Below, in pieces: positions 1-11,100 of a stretch of 22,914 bases of DNA; the stretch's first letter is position 1; each line of letters begins with the position of its first letter. Source of the DNA: Chiloscyllium plagiosum (taxonomy: Eukaryota). The notes below the pieces were generated by a model that did not search any database, was not told the DNA's origin, and was given only the letters and a program-made list of their open reading frames with translations. The stretch is taken from positions 85,176,558-85,199,471 of the forward strand of contig NC_057719.1 of NCBI RefSeq assembly GCF_004010195.1, given 5' to 3'. The translations under genes and the position numbers were made by a program.

Positions 1-500
1 GCCATCCCTGCTAGGGTATTGAACCATTGAACTTTGGCCAGCTCCTCCCTCATAGCTCCATAACTCCCTTTATTCAATAGCAATACTGACACTTCTCCCT
101 TCTCTCTCAAAAATTGCTGATTAAAACTTATTATTATGGTCACTACCTCCTAATGGCTCCTTTACTTCGAGGTGCCTGATCAAATCCGGTTCGTTCCGTA
201 ACACCAAGTCCAGAATTGCCTTCTCCCTGGTAGGCTCCCGTACAAGCTGTTCTAAGAATCCATCTCGGAAGCACTCCACAAACCCCCTTTCTTGGGGTCC
301 AGTAACATCCTGATTCTCCCCGTCTACCTGCATGTTGAAATCCCCCATAACAACTGTAGTAACACCTTTGCGACAGGCCAATTTCAACGCCTTATTCAAT
401 TTTTGCACCCTACATCCAGACTACGATTTGAGGGCCTGTAGATAGGGTCTTTCTACCCTTATAATTTCTCAGCTCTATCCATACTGACTCTATATCTCCT
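1..500 (-). mobile_element. CR1-clade LINE fragment, ORF2 APE endonuclease region (degenerate)
   Basis: ORF 121..408(-) has VVMGDFN...FLEQLVREPTREKAILDLVL...LGGSDHN, the APE endonuclease motifs typical of CR1 ORF2; runs off the window edge. Confidence 0.9.
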
Positions 501-806
501 GTTCAGAACAGCCAGGGAATTCCTAGAGGCATGGCACTCATCCACAGATTCAATCAATAAGCACATCAACCTGGGCCCAATATACCGACCGCTGCAACGG
601 ACAGCTGGAACTGACAACCGGAAGCGGCAGATTCAAACCACTACAAATGGCGGAGGAAAGATCACAGGAGTGCTTCACAGCAGGTTCCCAACCACTGAGG
701 ATGTCACCTAGACATGGGACGAAACGTCCGCAACACAAATTCCCAGCTTGGCGAACAGAACCACAACAACGAGCACCCGAGCTACAAATCTTCTCACAAA
801 CTTTGA
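501..806 (+). mobile_element. Penelope-like element 3' end (family A): endonuclease C-terminus plus pLTR/3' region
   Basis: From 504 reads QNSQ/ in the next frame RTAREFLEAWHSSTDSINKHINLGPIYRPLQR; REFLEAWH resembles the GIY-YIG C-terminal motif of PLEs. A hammerhead motif follows at 695-728. Confidence 0.8.
692..731 (+). ncRNA. Minimal hammerhead ribozyme motif (PLE family A)
   Basis: CTGAGGA (695-701), extra T, stem II GTC-A-CC/GG-GAC with loop TAGACAT, GAAAC-GTC (721-728). Core intact; stem III is only the palindrome ACGT; stem I pairs poorly in this copy. Confidence 0.75.
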
Positions 807-954
807 AGTTAACCCCACTTTCTGCTCTTAATCCACCGCAAAAGGTTTTCAATTTTAATTATGCATGTTATTTAGATTTGTAATTATTTTTGAATCTGCT
901 TTCATTATATTTTCAGGCAGTGTGTTCCTGAACACAATTCACAGCATACAAAAT

Positions 955-1270
955 GTCTCCACTCTACAATCAAAAACTTTTAGACACAATCCAAAACAAA
1001 GCACTTCAATTAACTGGTATTCTATCCACCACCTGAAACATTCATTCTCTCCACTGTTGCTACAAATTGGCTGCAGAATGTACCATCTGCACCACAGCAA
1101 CTCATCATAGCTTCTTTAACCACACTAACCAAATCACTGACCTCTAGCGGCTAGAAATAGTAGGGCAGTAGATGCATTCAAGCATCACAACTTTCTCAAC
1201 CGCTAAACACACTACCTTGACTTTGAAATTTATATTCCTGTTGGATTAAAACCCTGAAGCTCCCTACCTG
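955..1270 (+). mobile_element. Old, highly degenerate CR1-like LINE ORF2 3' remnant
   Basis: Residual 'ttagacacaatccaaaacaaagca' (LDTIQNKA) and 'aacattcattctctcca' (NIHSL), resembling the post-RT region of CR1/L2-type LINEs; recognised by pattern only. Confidence 0.5.
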
Positions 1271-1910
1271 TTTTGGAAGGGCTTTTGAACACTGTAGTAA
1301 CCAGTAATGATGTCATTAAACTGGTGCTCACTGGACCTGATTAGAACAGTGTGGGTGGAGTTAGAAAAAAGGAGTAAAACATATGAAGAGTTAGGCAGAA
1401 GCCAGATATCCAGCAGTTTGAACGTTAGAAACATGTGCAGAGAAGCATAAGTTGGTAGACCATCTGGAATAGTTTCTCAATAAGGCAACAGTAAAATTAC
1501 AACTTGGTACATATCTCTCTCAGAATACCACGAATTGAATATTTGTCTTGATTTGTGATAGTCTTATAAAGATAAGCTGAAAGCCAGTTCTTGACAATAT
1601 CTTCTCTTCAACCAGTATGAAATGAACCATAAGACTCAGATGTGGCTATAAAACCATACAAAAGATGACAGCAGTGATGGGATCGACTGCCTAGAAAATC
1701 ATGGCAGTAGTGAAGCTCAAGAAAAAGACATGAAAGCATTTGAAGAGAAGAACTCAACAAATTGTATTTCAATACATCATCAAACAGTTAACAGCCTGAA
1801 AAGCCAGCTTCTACAAAAATATCTCTGAACAGAAAATTCTTAGAGATATAATCAAAAACAACTTTAAGTCCTAGCATAAGCCTTTTATAGCCAGCAATGG
1901 GGAAAACAAG

Positions 1911-2133
1911 GAGAAAGTGAGGACTGCAGATGCTGAAGATCAAAGTAGCGAGTGAGTGATGGAAAAGCACAGCAGGTCAGGCAGCATCCGAGGAGCAGGA
2001 GAATCGACATTTTGGGCATAAGCCCTTCATCGGGAAAATTTTCCTGATGAAGGACTTACGCCTTAAACATTGAATCTCCTGGTCCTCAGATGCTGCCTGA
2101 CCTGCTGTGCTTTTCCAGCACCTCATTCTTGAC
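1911..2133. mobile_element. PLE-derived fold-back mini-element (family B) with two degenerate hammerheads back to back
   Basis: Inverted arms of about 90 bp centred on ggaaaa|ttttcc (2038/2039). Each arm is CTGATGAAGGGCTTATGCCCGAAACGTC-like, followed by gatgctgcctgacctgctgtgcttttcca. Same family at 2431, 16555, 20466 and 22646. Confidence 0.85.
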
Positions 2134-2217
2134 ACATGAAAAGAGGCTATTTACTGCATACCCAAAGCAGATTTGATTCCTTAAGCAAAGATGAAATCTC
2201 AATAATGCCCAGTCACT

Positions 2218-2885
2218 TTACCCTTTTGTCCTTAATATATTTGTAAAAACCCTTTGGATTCTCCTTAATTCCATTTGCCAAAGTTATCTCATGTCCCCTT
2301 TTTGCCCTCCTGATTTCCCTCTTAAGTATACTCCTACTTCCTTTATACTCCAAGGATTCTCTCGCTATATCAAGTCTACACCTGACATATGTTTCCTTCT
2401 TTTTCTTAAACAAACCCTCAATTTCTTTAGCTGAAAAATGTGTTGCTGGAAAAGCGAAGCAGGTCAGGCAGCATTTTCCTGATGAAGGGCTTATCCCCAA
2501 AATGTCGATTCTCCTGCTCCTCGGATGCTGCCTGACCTGCTGTGCTTTTCCAGCACCTCACTCTCTACTCTGATCTCCAGCATCTGCTTATGCCCGAAAA
2601 GTCGATTCTCCAGCTCCTTGTATGCTGCCTGACCTGCTGCGCTTTTCCAGCAACACATTTTTCATCTCTGATCTCCAGCATTTGCAGTCCTCACCTTCTC
2701 CTCAATTTCTTTAGTTATCCAGCATTCCCCATATCTACCAGCCTTCCCTTTCACCTGGGCAGGAATATATTTTCTCTGGATTCTTGCTATCTCAATTCTG
2801 AAGGCTCCCCATTTTCCAGTCGTCCCTTTACCTGCAAACATCTGCCTCCAACCAGCTTTTGAAAGTTCTTGCCTAATACCGTCAA
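2218..2885 (-). mobile_element. CR1 LINE internal ORF2 fragment, interrupted by a PLE mini-element
   Basis: Encodes ILKREIRRAKRGHEITLANGIKENPKGFYKYIKDKRV; colinear with the CR1 copy at about 13090-13455. Confidence 0.9.
2431..2700 (+). mobile_element. PLE family B insertion: short inverted arm plus two tandem hammerhead-bearing units, with 14-15 bp TSD
   Basis: Inverted arm 2431-2474; unit 1 about 2475-2587 (ctgatgaagggcttatccccaaaatgtc); unit 2 about 2586-2700 (gcttatgcccgaaaagtc). Flanked by cctcaatttctttag at 2416-2430 and 2700-2714. Confidence 0.88.
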
Positions 2886-2925
2886 GGATCAGTTTCCATG
2901 CTGTACATCTCTATGACTCTATGAC
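2884..2925 (+). mobile_element. CR1 3' terminal tail with (ctctatga)-type repeat
   Basis: tttccatgctgtacatctctatgactctatgac matches the reverse complement of the CR1 3' end at about 11428-11455. Confidence 0.8.
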
Positions 2926-3576
2926 ACTGAACTGCGAGGATGAAATGTTTGAGAACAGCTCTGGTGAAAATCACAAGACATGAGAAGGTGTGATTCATGG
3001 TGGCATTAGCCTGCTTGGGCAACAGAATTAAATATAATTTTCAACTGTAAAACCATGCTGAAAACCAAGTTGTCTGTAGTAGATTTTACAGATGCCCATG
3101 TTTGGGAGAGAAGAATGGTGAGAATTCATGTATCAATAATATATAGAGTATGCACCGCAGTAGTCAACATAAAGAATGCAGCTCACTAACATGGCACGTG
3201 ACCAGAGATTTATAAAAGTGTTGAAATCAAGAGGTATCTGCAAAGAAATAAAATTGCATCGTAATTATACCTCAGGGTACAACGTCCATAGTTCACTCTT
3301 TTCAACATGCCATTCAAGGATCATACTCATACTGAATGGAATAGGTGGATGGCTGAAAGAAGAAGAGCCATCATTAAGAGTGAAATAAGCTTGCTGCACT
3401 TGGTTAACATTATTAAATTTGAGGCACTGTGTGCAAACTGTCACCAAATCATTCAAAATATGTGGAACATCCAATTCAACACAAGGAGAGAAATGATTTT
3501 TAAACTGAAAACAGCACATCTGATGCAGAGTGGAACATTCACGAAGATTCCACAGACGAAGTGACTCAAAAGAAAT

Positions 3577-3819
3577 GAAATGAGGAGGAATTTCTTGAGT
3601 GGTGAATCTGTGGAACTCATTGCTGCAGAGGGCTGTGGAGGTAAAGTCATTGTGTATTTAAGACAGAGATAGGTAGCTTCTTGATGAGTAAGGGGATCAA
3701 GGGTTAAAAGAAGAAGGCAGGAGAATGGCATTGACAAACATATCAGCCACAAGCAAATGGTAGAAGAGATTCAATGGGCCAAAAAGCCCAATTATACTCC
3801 TATACCATATGGTCTTATG
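3577..3819 (+). mobile_element. CR1 LINE 3' end fragment
   Basis: gaaatgaggaggaatttc...gtggtgaatctgtggaactcattg (EMRRNF..VVNLWNSL), then 3' UTR with atgggcc..gccc hairpin and tail tatggtcttatg. Confidence 0.75.
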
Positions 3820-4942
3820 AAATTAGACAAACATTATCCATTGAACACCAAAAACAATGAACTTGAAATGTTTTAAAAAGAGATGGTCCTAACCACTGAA
3901 TTTTAACCTGTCCAATTAAATATTTATAGATTATTCAATAAGCCATGCCACATTAAATTAGGGTTAGTTTAGGAATGACTTCTTATTCACTCACTGAGGA
4001 CACCTCACCACTTGTGGTGGAACATCTCATTTTCCATCACTACTGATGGTTTTCTCTTTCTCATTCTCATCATTCTTAGTCCCTTTCTTTCCCTCATTGC
4101 AAAACAACTGGCCTATCCCTGGACTGATGTCTCCACAGTACCCAAACTGACTTAACTGTAATCTCTGGATTCATTGGACTTGGCTTACAGATCTTGAATG
4201 GCCCAATCCCAAAGTGTAAGGACATGGATGCTGACTCTGCTACAACTAAATGCTTGACTGACCATACCCTGGGCAGTAATAGCACTTCTCGATAATAGTC
4301 CTTCTTTATCCCACAGGTCCTCTTTTATTTTCAGATTTGAATACCTAGTTGAAGCATATACATTACGTCTGCCACACAAGCTGCTGGCACAAGAGTTGGT
4401 CCCAGAAGAGGTATGACAACATAATTAGCCTGGTTGTTTGGCTGTGCCAAATTGCATGGATGAAAGGTAGAGGTGGATGGTGCCTATAGTACATGCAGGA
4501 TCATTATTATGAAGACAGAATCAGATAAAAGGCCTGGAGAAGCAAGTGTTAAGCTGCTGCCACCAGGTAATTACTCTTACATATGAAGTAATTGGTGCAG
4601 TGTAATTTCTTGAGGAAGAAGAGAATTTGAAGCTGCAGAGAAGTGACGTCCATTGAGGCAATAATGATATGAAAATGCACCCAAATAAGGAAGTCACCAC
4701 TCATTAGTGAGATTTTTAACTCACCATTTAAACCTCAAAGGGAAAACAGGAAATTTATTCTTGACATCAACATGCTGATTCTTTCACTTGCACTTATTTT
4801 CTAACACATGTTACCCTTGCCCACACTGTTCTTGGGAGTAAACAATTCTACCACGTTGTAAAATTGCTACAACTTAACTGTGCTGATAATGAAGTCCCAC
4901 TATTCCACAGGCCATTAACAACTATTGTTCACAAGGATCAAT

Positions 4943-5375
4943 CCAAGAATACCCGCCTGATCAGGCTGCCACAGCGGGAAGAGGGAGGCCAGCTGATCAG
5001 CTTCTTGGAGCAATGGCTCCTGCAGTTTTTGAAGCTGGAGGTCATGGCAGACTGGGTTCAGGTCGACAGGCCCCGGTCAGACCAGCAACTCCAGCACTAT
5101 AGAGACAAGCAAATGGTGTTGGAAGCTTCTAGAACACTGGGGAAGGGTCCACAGGCGCTGATATATAAAGGATCAAGAATTATGTTCTTTCAAGACTTTT
5201 CTGCAGCTGTGATCCATAAGAGGAAGGTCTTTGATGAGGTAAAAAAGGAGGCTGAGGGACTTGAATATTCAGTACTCTGTGATATCCGGTGATGTAATGT
5301 TTCAGCCACGGAGGGTCCGTGCATAATTTTCATTCATCGGAAAAGGCAAAGGACTTCCTGGACACCTTAAAATAG
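4943..5375 (+). pseudogene. L1 ORF1 (RNA-binding protein, RRM/CTD part) remnant
   Basis: NTRLIRLPQREEG..LISFLEQWL...YKGSRIMFFQDFSAAVIHKRKVFDEVKK; after a frameshift YPVM*CFSHGGSVHNFHSSEKAKDFLDTLK* ending at 5375. Confidence 0.8.
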
Positions 5376-5472
5376 ACTGGCTGGCTCAAATAATACGGAA
5401 AATAGTGTTCGCTTTCTGTTTTCTGTAGTTTGCCTAGTTTTGTCTTTTTAATATGTGGGGGTCTCCCTTTTT

Positions 5473-5495
5473 TCTCTCTCTCTCTCTCTCTCTCT
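5473..5495 (+). repeat. (TC)n microsatellite in L1 inter-ORF spacer
   Basis: About 11 TC units seen directly. Confidence 0.9.
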
Positions 5496-5940
5496 TTCCT
5501 CTCCCTTCTTTCTCTCCTCCCATTATCCTTTGTTTGTTTGTCATTCCCTTTTTCTCTTTCTTAGTCTGGGGTGGGGATTCTTTTTTTTAAACCATCACTG
5601 CCTGGGGTCAAAGAATGGATGGGATGGGTTGAATGTCAACTTTTAATTTTTTTTGTTGTCAGACACTTGTAACTTTTTTATACTTAATTTTGACTGGGTT
5701 TGGGGCACGGCTTCAGCTAGAAGGAGCCATTGAGGGGTTAGAGGATATTATGAGCGCCCCCTGTGGGCAAGGGGGAAGTCTCGGCTTATTTGCGTTATAT
5801 GTTGGTTCATTATGGAAGTAATTGTTAGAAGTTATAATTTGGTAGTTGTTGTAGTTGTATTTTATATGAACTGTTTTTTGTTTTCACTCGGCGCGTTCTA
5901 AATGGAATTCTTCCTCCCGGGGGATCACAGGCTGCTTCGG

Positions 5941-8054
5941 ATGGCTGTGGCTAACTGCTTGTTTAAATGGTACACCTGGAATGTTAAAGGGAGTCATTCA
6001 CTGATTAAGGGAAAAAAAAGATACTTTCCAGCCTTAGAAAGAGTCGATGTAGCCTTGCTGCAAGGAACACATCTAACCGATAAGGAGCACTTAAAATTAT
6101 AGCAGGGAGGTTTCGACCGGATGTTTTCTTTATCTTTCAATTCGAAAAGTAGCTATACTCATTCAGAAGAATCTTCCATTTCAGTTGTTAGACCAAATTA
6201 AGGACGAATGTGGGTGGTTTCTGATCCTTAAAGCTTTAATACATGGAGAGGAATGTGGAATCATGAATGTATATTGCTCCCCGGCACACCCCCTCAAATT
6301 TTTTTTTTAACAGATGCGCTCTCCAGGTTGATGACCCTTTGGCCATGTCATACAATTATAGGGGGAGTCTTTAACCGACGTATGGACACCGAGGTGGATA
6401 GGATGCCAAGGGGTCTTGTGGGTATCCCTGCAATCCAGGCAGCTGGTGGACCTGAACAGGGAGCTGGGATTGGTGGATATGTGGAGATGTCTTCACCCTG
6501 CGGGTAGGGACTTCACTTATTTTTCTAATCTACATATGTGCTATACTAGGATTGACTTGTTTTTTGTCCCCTCGGCCTTCGTGAATTCAGTGCTGTCCTA
6601 TAGAATTGGGAACATAGCCATTTCTGATCATGCGGCAGTGTACATGGAAGTTAAGGCTGGTGGCGATGGGACAGGAGCATGGCACGGGCACGTGGATCCT
6701 TTCCTCCTGAAGGATAGTAAGCTCATAGAGTATTTTTCACGGTAATTTAAAATTATTTTGGGACATGAATTCGGGTATGGCTGGTCAGTGCTCTGGGAGA
6801 CTACCAAGGCCTATGCAAGGGGTTTTGATTATTTCTTACTTGGTGACTCTGAAACGGCAGAAGGGAGAGCAGCAGCATGTGTTTGAGGCTCGGCTGAAGG
6901 CAGCCGAAACAGCATATCTTGACAGACAGTCTATAACTAGGTTGCAGTGGATTATAGCCTTCTGAATGCCGCGTTCACCCAGGCAGCAAAGAGGGAGATT
7001 TCTTTTGGGAAACAGGTTATTCGAGTATGGGGATAAACCGGATAGGTATTTGGCATACTCGGCCAGAAAGAAGAGTGCCCCCCCAATCTATCATATCCAT
7101 TAGAGAGCGTTCTGGTATTATCACCTGGAATCCCAAAAAGATTAATGCAGCATTCAGGAGATTCTACGCTGGGATGTACCAGTTGGAGGGCTGTTTGAGG
7201 ACAGATTGGCGAAGATGGAGTCCTTTTTTAAGGCATTGGACCTCCCAAGTGTAACATCAGAGCAGGCGTCTCTTTTGAACACCCCTCTGACAACCCAAGA
7301 GATACAGGAGGCATTGAGGCAGCTCCAGAGTGGTAAAGCACCCGGCCCAGATGGATTTCAGAGTGAGTTTTATAAGGGGTTCATAGACATGATGGCTGGG
7401 CTAATGTTGAATATGTACAATTATTCATACAGACAGGACTGCCTCCCATCTTCTTTGAAAGAAGCAAATATTTCTCTTATTCACGAGAGGGAAAGCTCCA
7501 GAGGAATGCACTTTGTATAGACCTATATTGTTATTAAACATTGACTTTAAAATTTTGTTGGTGTTGAGGCTGGTGTTGAGGCTGGAGAAGGTCTTGCCCT
7601 TCTTTGTAAAGGAGGGCCAGACAGGTTTTATTAGGGGTCGCAGTTCCTCTAATAATATTAGGAGAGTGCTAAATATGGTTCAGGTGTACCAGCAAGGGTC
7701 GATTCCGGGCTTGGTAGTCTCCATGGATGCAGAGAAAGTATTTGACCGGGTGGAGTGGGCGTACCTCTTTTATATACTGGAACGGTTTGATCTTGGAGGG
7801 GTCTTTGCCAGGTGGGTGACAGTGTTATATCGTGACCCTAAAGCAGCGGTTCTCAGTAACGGTATACGGTCTGACAATTTTAGTATTGGCAGAGGCAACC
7901 GACAAGGGTGCCCCCTCTCACCGTTGCTATTTACATTTGGGATTTAGCCATTGGCAGAGGCCATCCGGAAAAACCCCAATATAACTGCCCCGGCGGTAGG
8001 AGCAGGAAGGCATAAGATCATCCTTTACGCAGATGATGTTCTTCTCTTTCTAAC
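5941..8054 (+). pseudogene. L1 ORF2 endonuclease/reverse transcriptase remnant
   Basis: TWNVKG, ALLQGTHL, LVDMWRCLHP..DFTYFS...TRIDLFFV, ISDHAAV, KAPGPDGF, YRPILLLNIDFKIL, QTGFIRGR, DAEKVFDRVEW, RGNRQGCPLSPLLF and LYADD in the expected order across shifted frames. Confidence 0.92.
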
Positions 8055-8950
8055 ACTAAGGTCAGTGGAGACGTGGACAAAGGATGTTGCAGGTTACAGA
8101 GGGACGTGGATAAGTTGCAGGGCTGGGCTGAGAGGTGGCAAATGGAGTTAATGCGGAAAAGTGTGAGGTGATTCATTCTGGAAGGAGCAACAGGAATGCA
8201 GAGTACTGGGCTAATGGTAAGATTCTTGGTAGTGTAGATGAACAGAGAGATCTTGGTGTCCGTGTACATAGATCCCTGAAAGTTGCCATGAAGGTTGTTA
8301 GGGTTGTTAAGAGGCATGTTGTGTGTTAGTTTCTATTGGTAGAGGGATTAAGGTTTGGAGCCGCAAGGTCATGTTGCAGCTGTACAAAATTTAGAGTACT
8401 GCATACAGTTCTTGTCACCGTATTATAGGAAGGATGCAGAAGCTTTGGAAAGTATTGGCAGAGGCAAGCGACAAGCGTGCCCCCTCTCACCGTTGCTATT
8501 TACATTGGGGATTTAGCTATTGGCTAAATCCAGAGGTGATTTACTTGGATGTTGCCTGGTATGGAGGGAAAGTCTTATGAGGAAAGGCTGAGCAAATTGA
8601 AGCTGTTTTATTAGAGAGAAGAAGGTTGAGAAGTGATTTAATTGAGACATATAAGATAATCAAAGGGTTATATGGGGTGGACAGCGAGAGACCTTTTCCT
8701 TGGATGGTGATGGCTAGCACAAGGGGACATAGTTTTAAATTTAGGGGTGATAGAGAGTAGTAGGGGTATGGAACACACTGCCTGCAACAGTAGTAGACTC
8801 ACCAACTTTAAGGGCATTTAAATGATCATTGGATAAACATATGGATGAAAATGGAACAGTGTAGGATAGATAGGCTTTAGATTGGTCCCACAGATCGGCA
8901 CAACATCGAAGGCCAAAGAGTCTGTACTGTGCTGTAATGTTCTATGTTCT
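8051..8950 (+). mobile_element. CR1 LINE 3' fragment (5'-truncated) with (tgttcta)n tail
   Basis: NAEKCEVIHSGRSN...DEQRDLGVRVHRSLKV; tail gtaatgttctatgttct; colinear with the copy at about 19425-20245. Confidence 0.9.
8451..8531 (+). repeat. 74-bp templated copy of 7882-7955 inserted in the CR1, plus 7-nt snap-back extension
   Basis: 8451-8524 matches 7882-7955 at 70/74 positions by manual comparison; followed by taaatcc, the reverse complement of ggattta within the copied tract. Confidence 0.9.
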
Positions 8951-11095
8951 GTAAGTAGTTTCTCCTCAACTCTGTTTTAAATTTGCTACGCCTTATCCTA
9001 AGACTATGACCTCTCATCCTAGAATGCACCACAAGAGGAAGCATCCACTCCACAACTACTTTATCCATACCTTTTATCATCTTGAATATCTCAATTTGAT
9101 CTCATCTCATTCTTCTAAATACCAAACAGTATAGGCATAAACTGTTCAATCTCTCTTCATACCACTAACCCCTCCTCTCTGGGAAAACTGAGCGAACCTC
9201 CTCTGAACTGCCTCCAATACCACTACACTTTTCCACAAATAAGGGGGCCAAAACTGTACAATACTCCAGGTATGGTCTCACCAATGATATGTATGGCTGC
9301 AACAATACTTCCTAATCTTTATATTCTATTCCTTTAGCTATAAAAGCCAAATTCCATTCACTTTCATAATTATGTACTGTAGCTGCATGCTAATTTTCTG
9401 AGTCATGATCAAGGACACCCAGATCCCACTCTACTGGAGAACCCCAGTCTCTTCCCATTCTGACCAAAATGCATGAACTCACACTTATCCATGTTAAACT
9501 CAATCTGCTACATTTTAGCCCACTCTCTTCATCTATCTATATCCATTTGTAAGGTTATTATTTACTCAGTGCAATTTAGCACCATGCCTATTTTTATGTC
9601 ATCCGCAAATTTAGCTATAGAGCCTACTATCTCTGTATCCAAGCTGTTAATGTAGATTGTAAAGCTGGGGACCAAGACCAAATACTGTGGTTTCCCACTA
9701 GTTACTTCTTGCCATCCAGATATAAAAACCGTTTATCCCACACCGGTATCTAGGCCATTTCAGTGTTCCCCACTATTAGCTCTCTGGTTTCACCTTCCAA
9801 GGAACCAACATTCACCTTAGCGACTGTCTTCCCTTTTATATATGGATAGAAGCTTTTGTTATCCTTTTTGGTATTTTGTGCTAGTTTTCTTTTGTAATTT
9901 TCCTCAGATTTTTTTTATAAATATACTTTTGTTTATGTTTGAATGTTTCCCAATCCTCCAGTTTGACATTGGCCTTTGCAATATGGTATACCTTAATGTT
10001 TGACTTCATAACCTTGACCTTGACCTCCTTGTTTAGGTGTTGATTTGTTTTACCCCCTTACCACCTTTCTTCCTCACTGGGATGTATTTTAGCCGTGAGG
10101 AATTGAGTAGCACCTTAAACAATTGCCATTGCTCATCCGCTGTCTTACCTTTTAGCTTTCCTGCTCAATCTACTCAGGCCAAATTTGTCCTAATGCCTAT
10201 GTTTAATTGCAGTACACTGATGTGAGACTGACCAAGTACTTCTTCCCTTTGCTTTCTATTATTTCTACCCAGGCTGCTTTCACATCTTGACCTCTCTTGC
10301 TTATATCATTTCTCATTAGAACACCAATCCCTTCCTTCACCAGAAAAGCAACACCACCTTCTTTCTCTGGTCTCAGTAATCACTACCAAATCGTACCCAT
10401 CCATTTCCATTTGGGCCATTAACTCATTCAGTTTGTTTTGAATGCTTTGTGCATTTTGATAAAGCTTTTAAATTTGTTCTACTGGTAAACTTCCCCCTAC
10501 TCTTCTATAATTCCTTGGTGCATAAAGACATACACATGTTCTGTCCCTCGCGATTATTGTCCAGTAACCATCCACCACATTGCTAACATGCACTCTTATC
10601 TCCTCCTTTAAGTTGGGTTTTCTAATTCCACCCCCCCCCCCCCCCAGTATTTAATTTAAACCCCTGTCTACAGGCCTAGTTATCAATTCACTAGGACTCC
10701 AGTCCAAGCATGATTCAGAAGAAGACCATCTCTTCCTTCTTCCCCAGCACTGGTGCCAACGTCCCAGGAATTCAAACCCATTTCTCCCACACATTTACCT
10801 GCTTAATCTTATTGACCCTGTGTCAATTAGCTTGTGGCCTTTTGGTTCTGCATTTTAATTTAGCCCCTAGCTGTTCAGACTCCCTTTGCAGGACCTCTGC
10901 CCTCCCCTAGTTTTATCCATGTCTTTGATACCCTACATGGACCACAACAACTGGATCTTTACCCTCCCACTACAAGTTCCTCTGTGGCCCAGTTAGATAT
11001 CCCAAATCCAAGCACCATGTAGGCAATACAACCTTTGGGATTCACCATCCTGGACACAAAGAACAACATCTCTGCTCCAAACTATACTATCCCCA
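8951..11095 (-). mobile_element. Older CR1 LINE relic with multiple internal deletions (ORF2 and ORF1 pieces)
   Basis: MIKGMDKV...HSRMRGHSLRIRRSKFKTELRRNY at the left; aaatttgcggatgac (KFADD) on minus near 9600; catggaccacaacaactggatc (DPVVVVHV, ORF1 esterase) near 10940; poly-C tract at about 10631-10645 in the presumed inter-ORF region. Confidence 0.75.
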
Positions 11096-11100
11096 ATTCT

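Larger units (their letters stand above)
4935..8054 (+). mobile_element. L1-clade LINE, truncated at both ends, degenerate
   Basis: ORF1 remnant, then a ~565 bp T-rich inter-ORF spacer, then ORF2 endonuclease and RT motifs up to LYADD; many frameshifts and stops. Confidence 0.92.

Noticed and set aside
1270..1910. Possible LTR-like segment
   Set aside because: No partner LTR, primer-binding site, TSD or gag/pol remnant could be identified.
1911..2700. Recurrent ~30-nt repeat as a CRISPR array or a DNA-transposon MITE
   Set aside because: No regular unique spacers and eukaryotic context. Arms are asymmetric, breakpoints vary, and hammerheads with ~14-bp TSDs point to PLE retrotransposition, not terminal inverted repeats.
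4009..4069. Minus-strand ...FHHKW|gtgag resembling the next RMDN exon end (CH-x-W)
   Set aside because: No acceptor or polypyrimidine tract upstream (purine-rich), and the rest of the peptide lacks RMDN similarity.
5941..8950. Functional hybrid L1/CR1 reverse transcriptase
   Set aside because: The junction is out of frame and both parts carry many stops and frameshifts.
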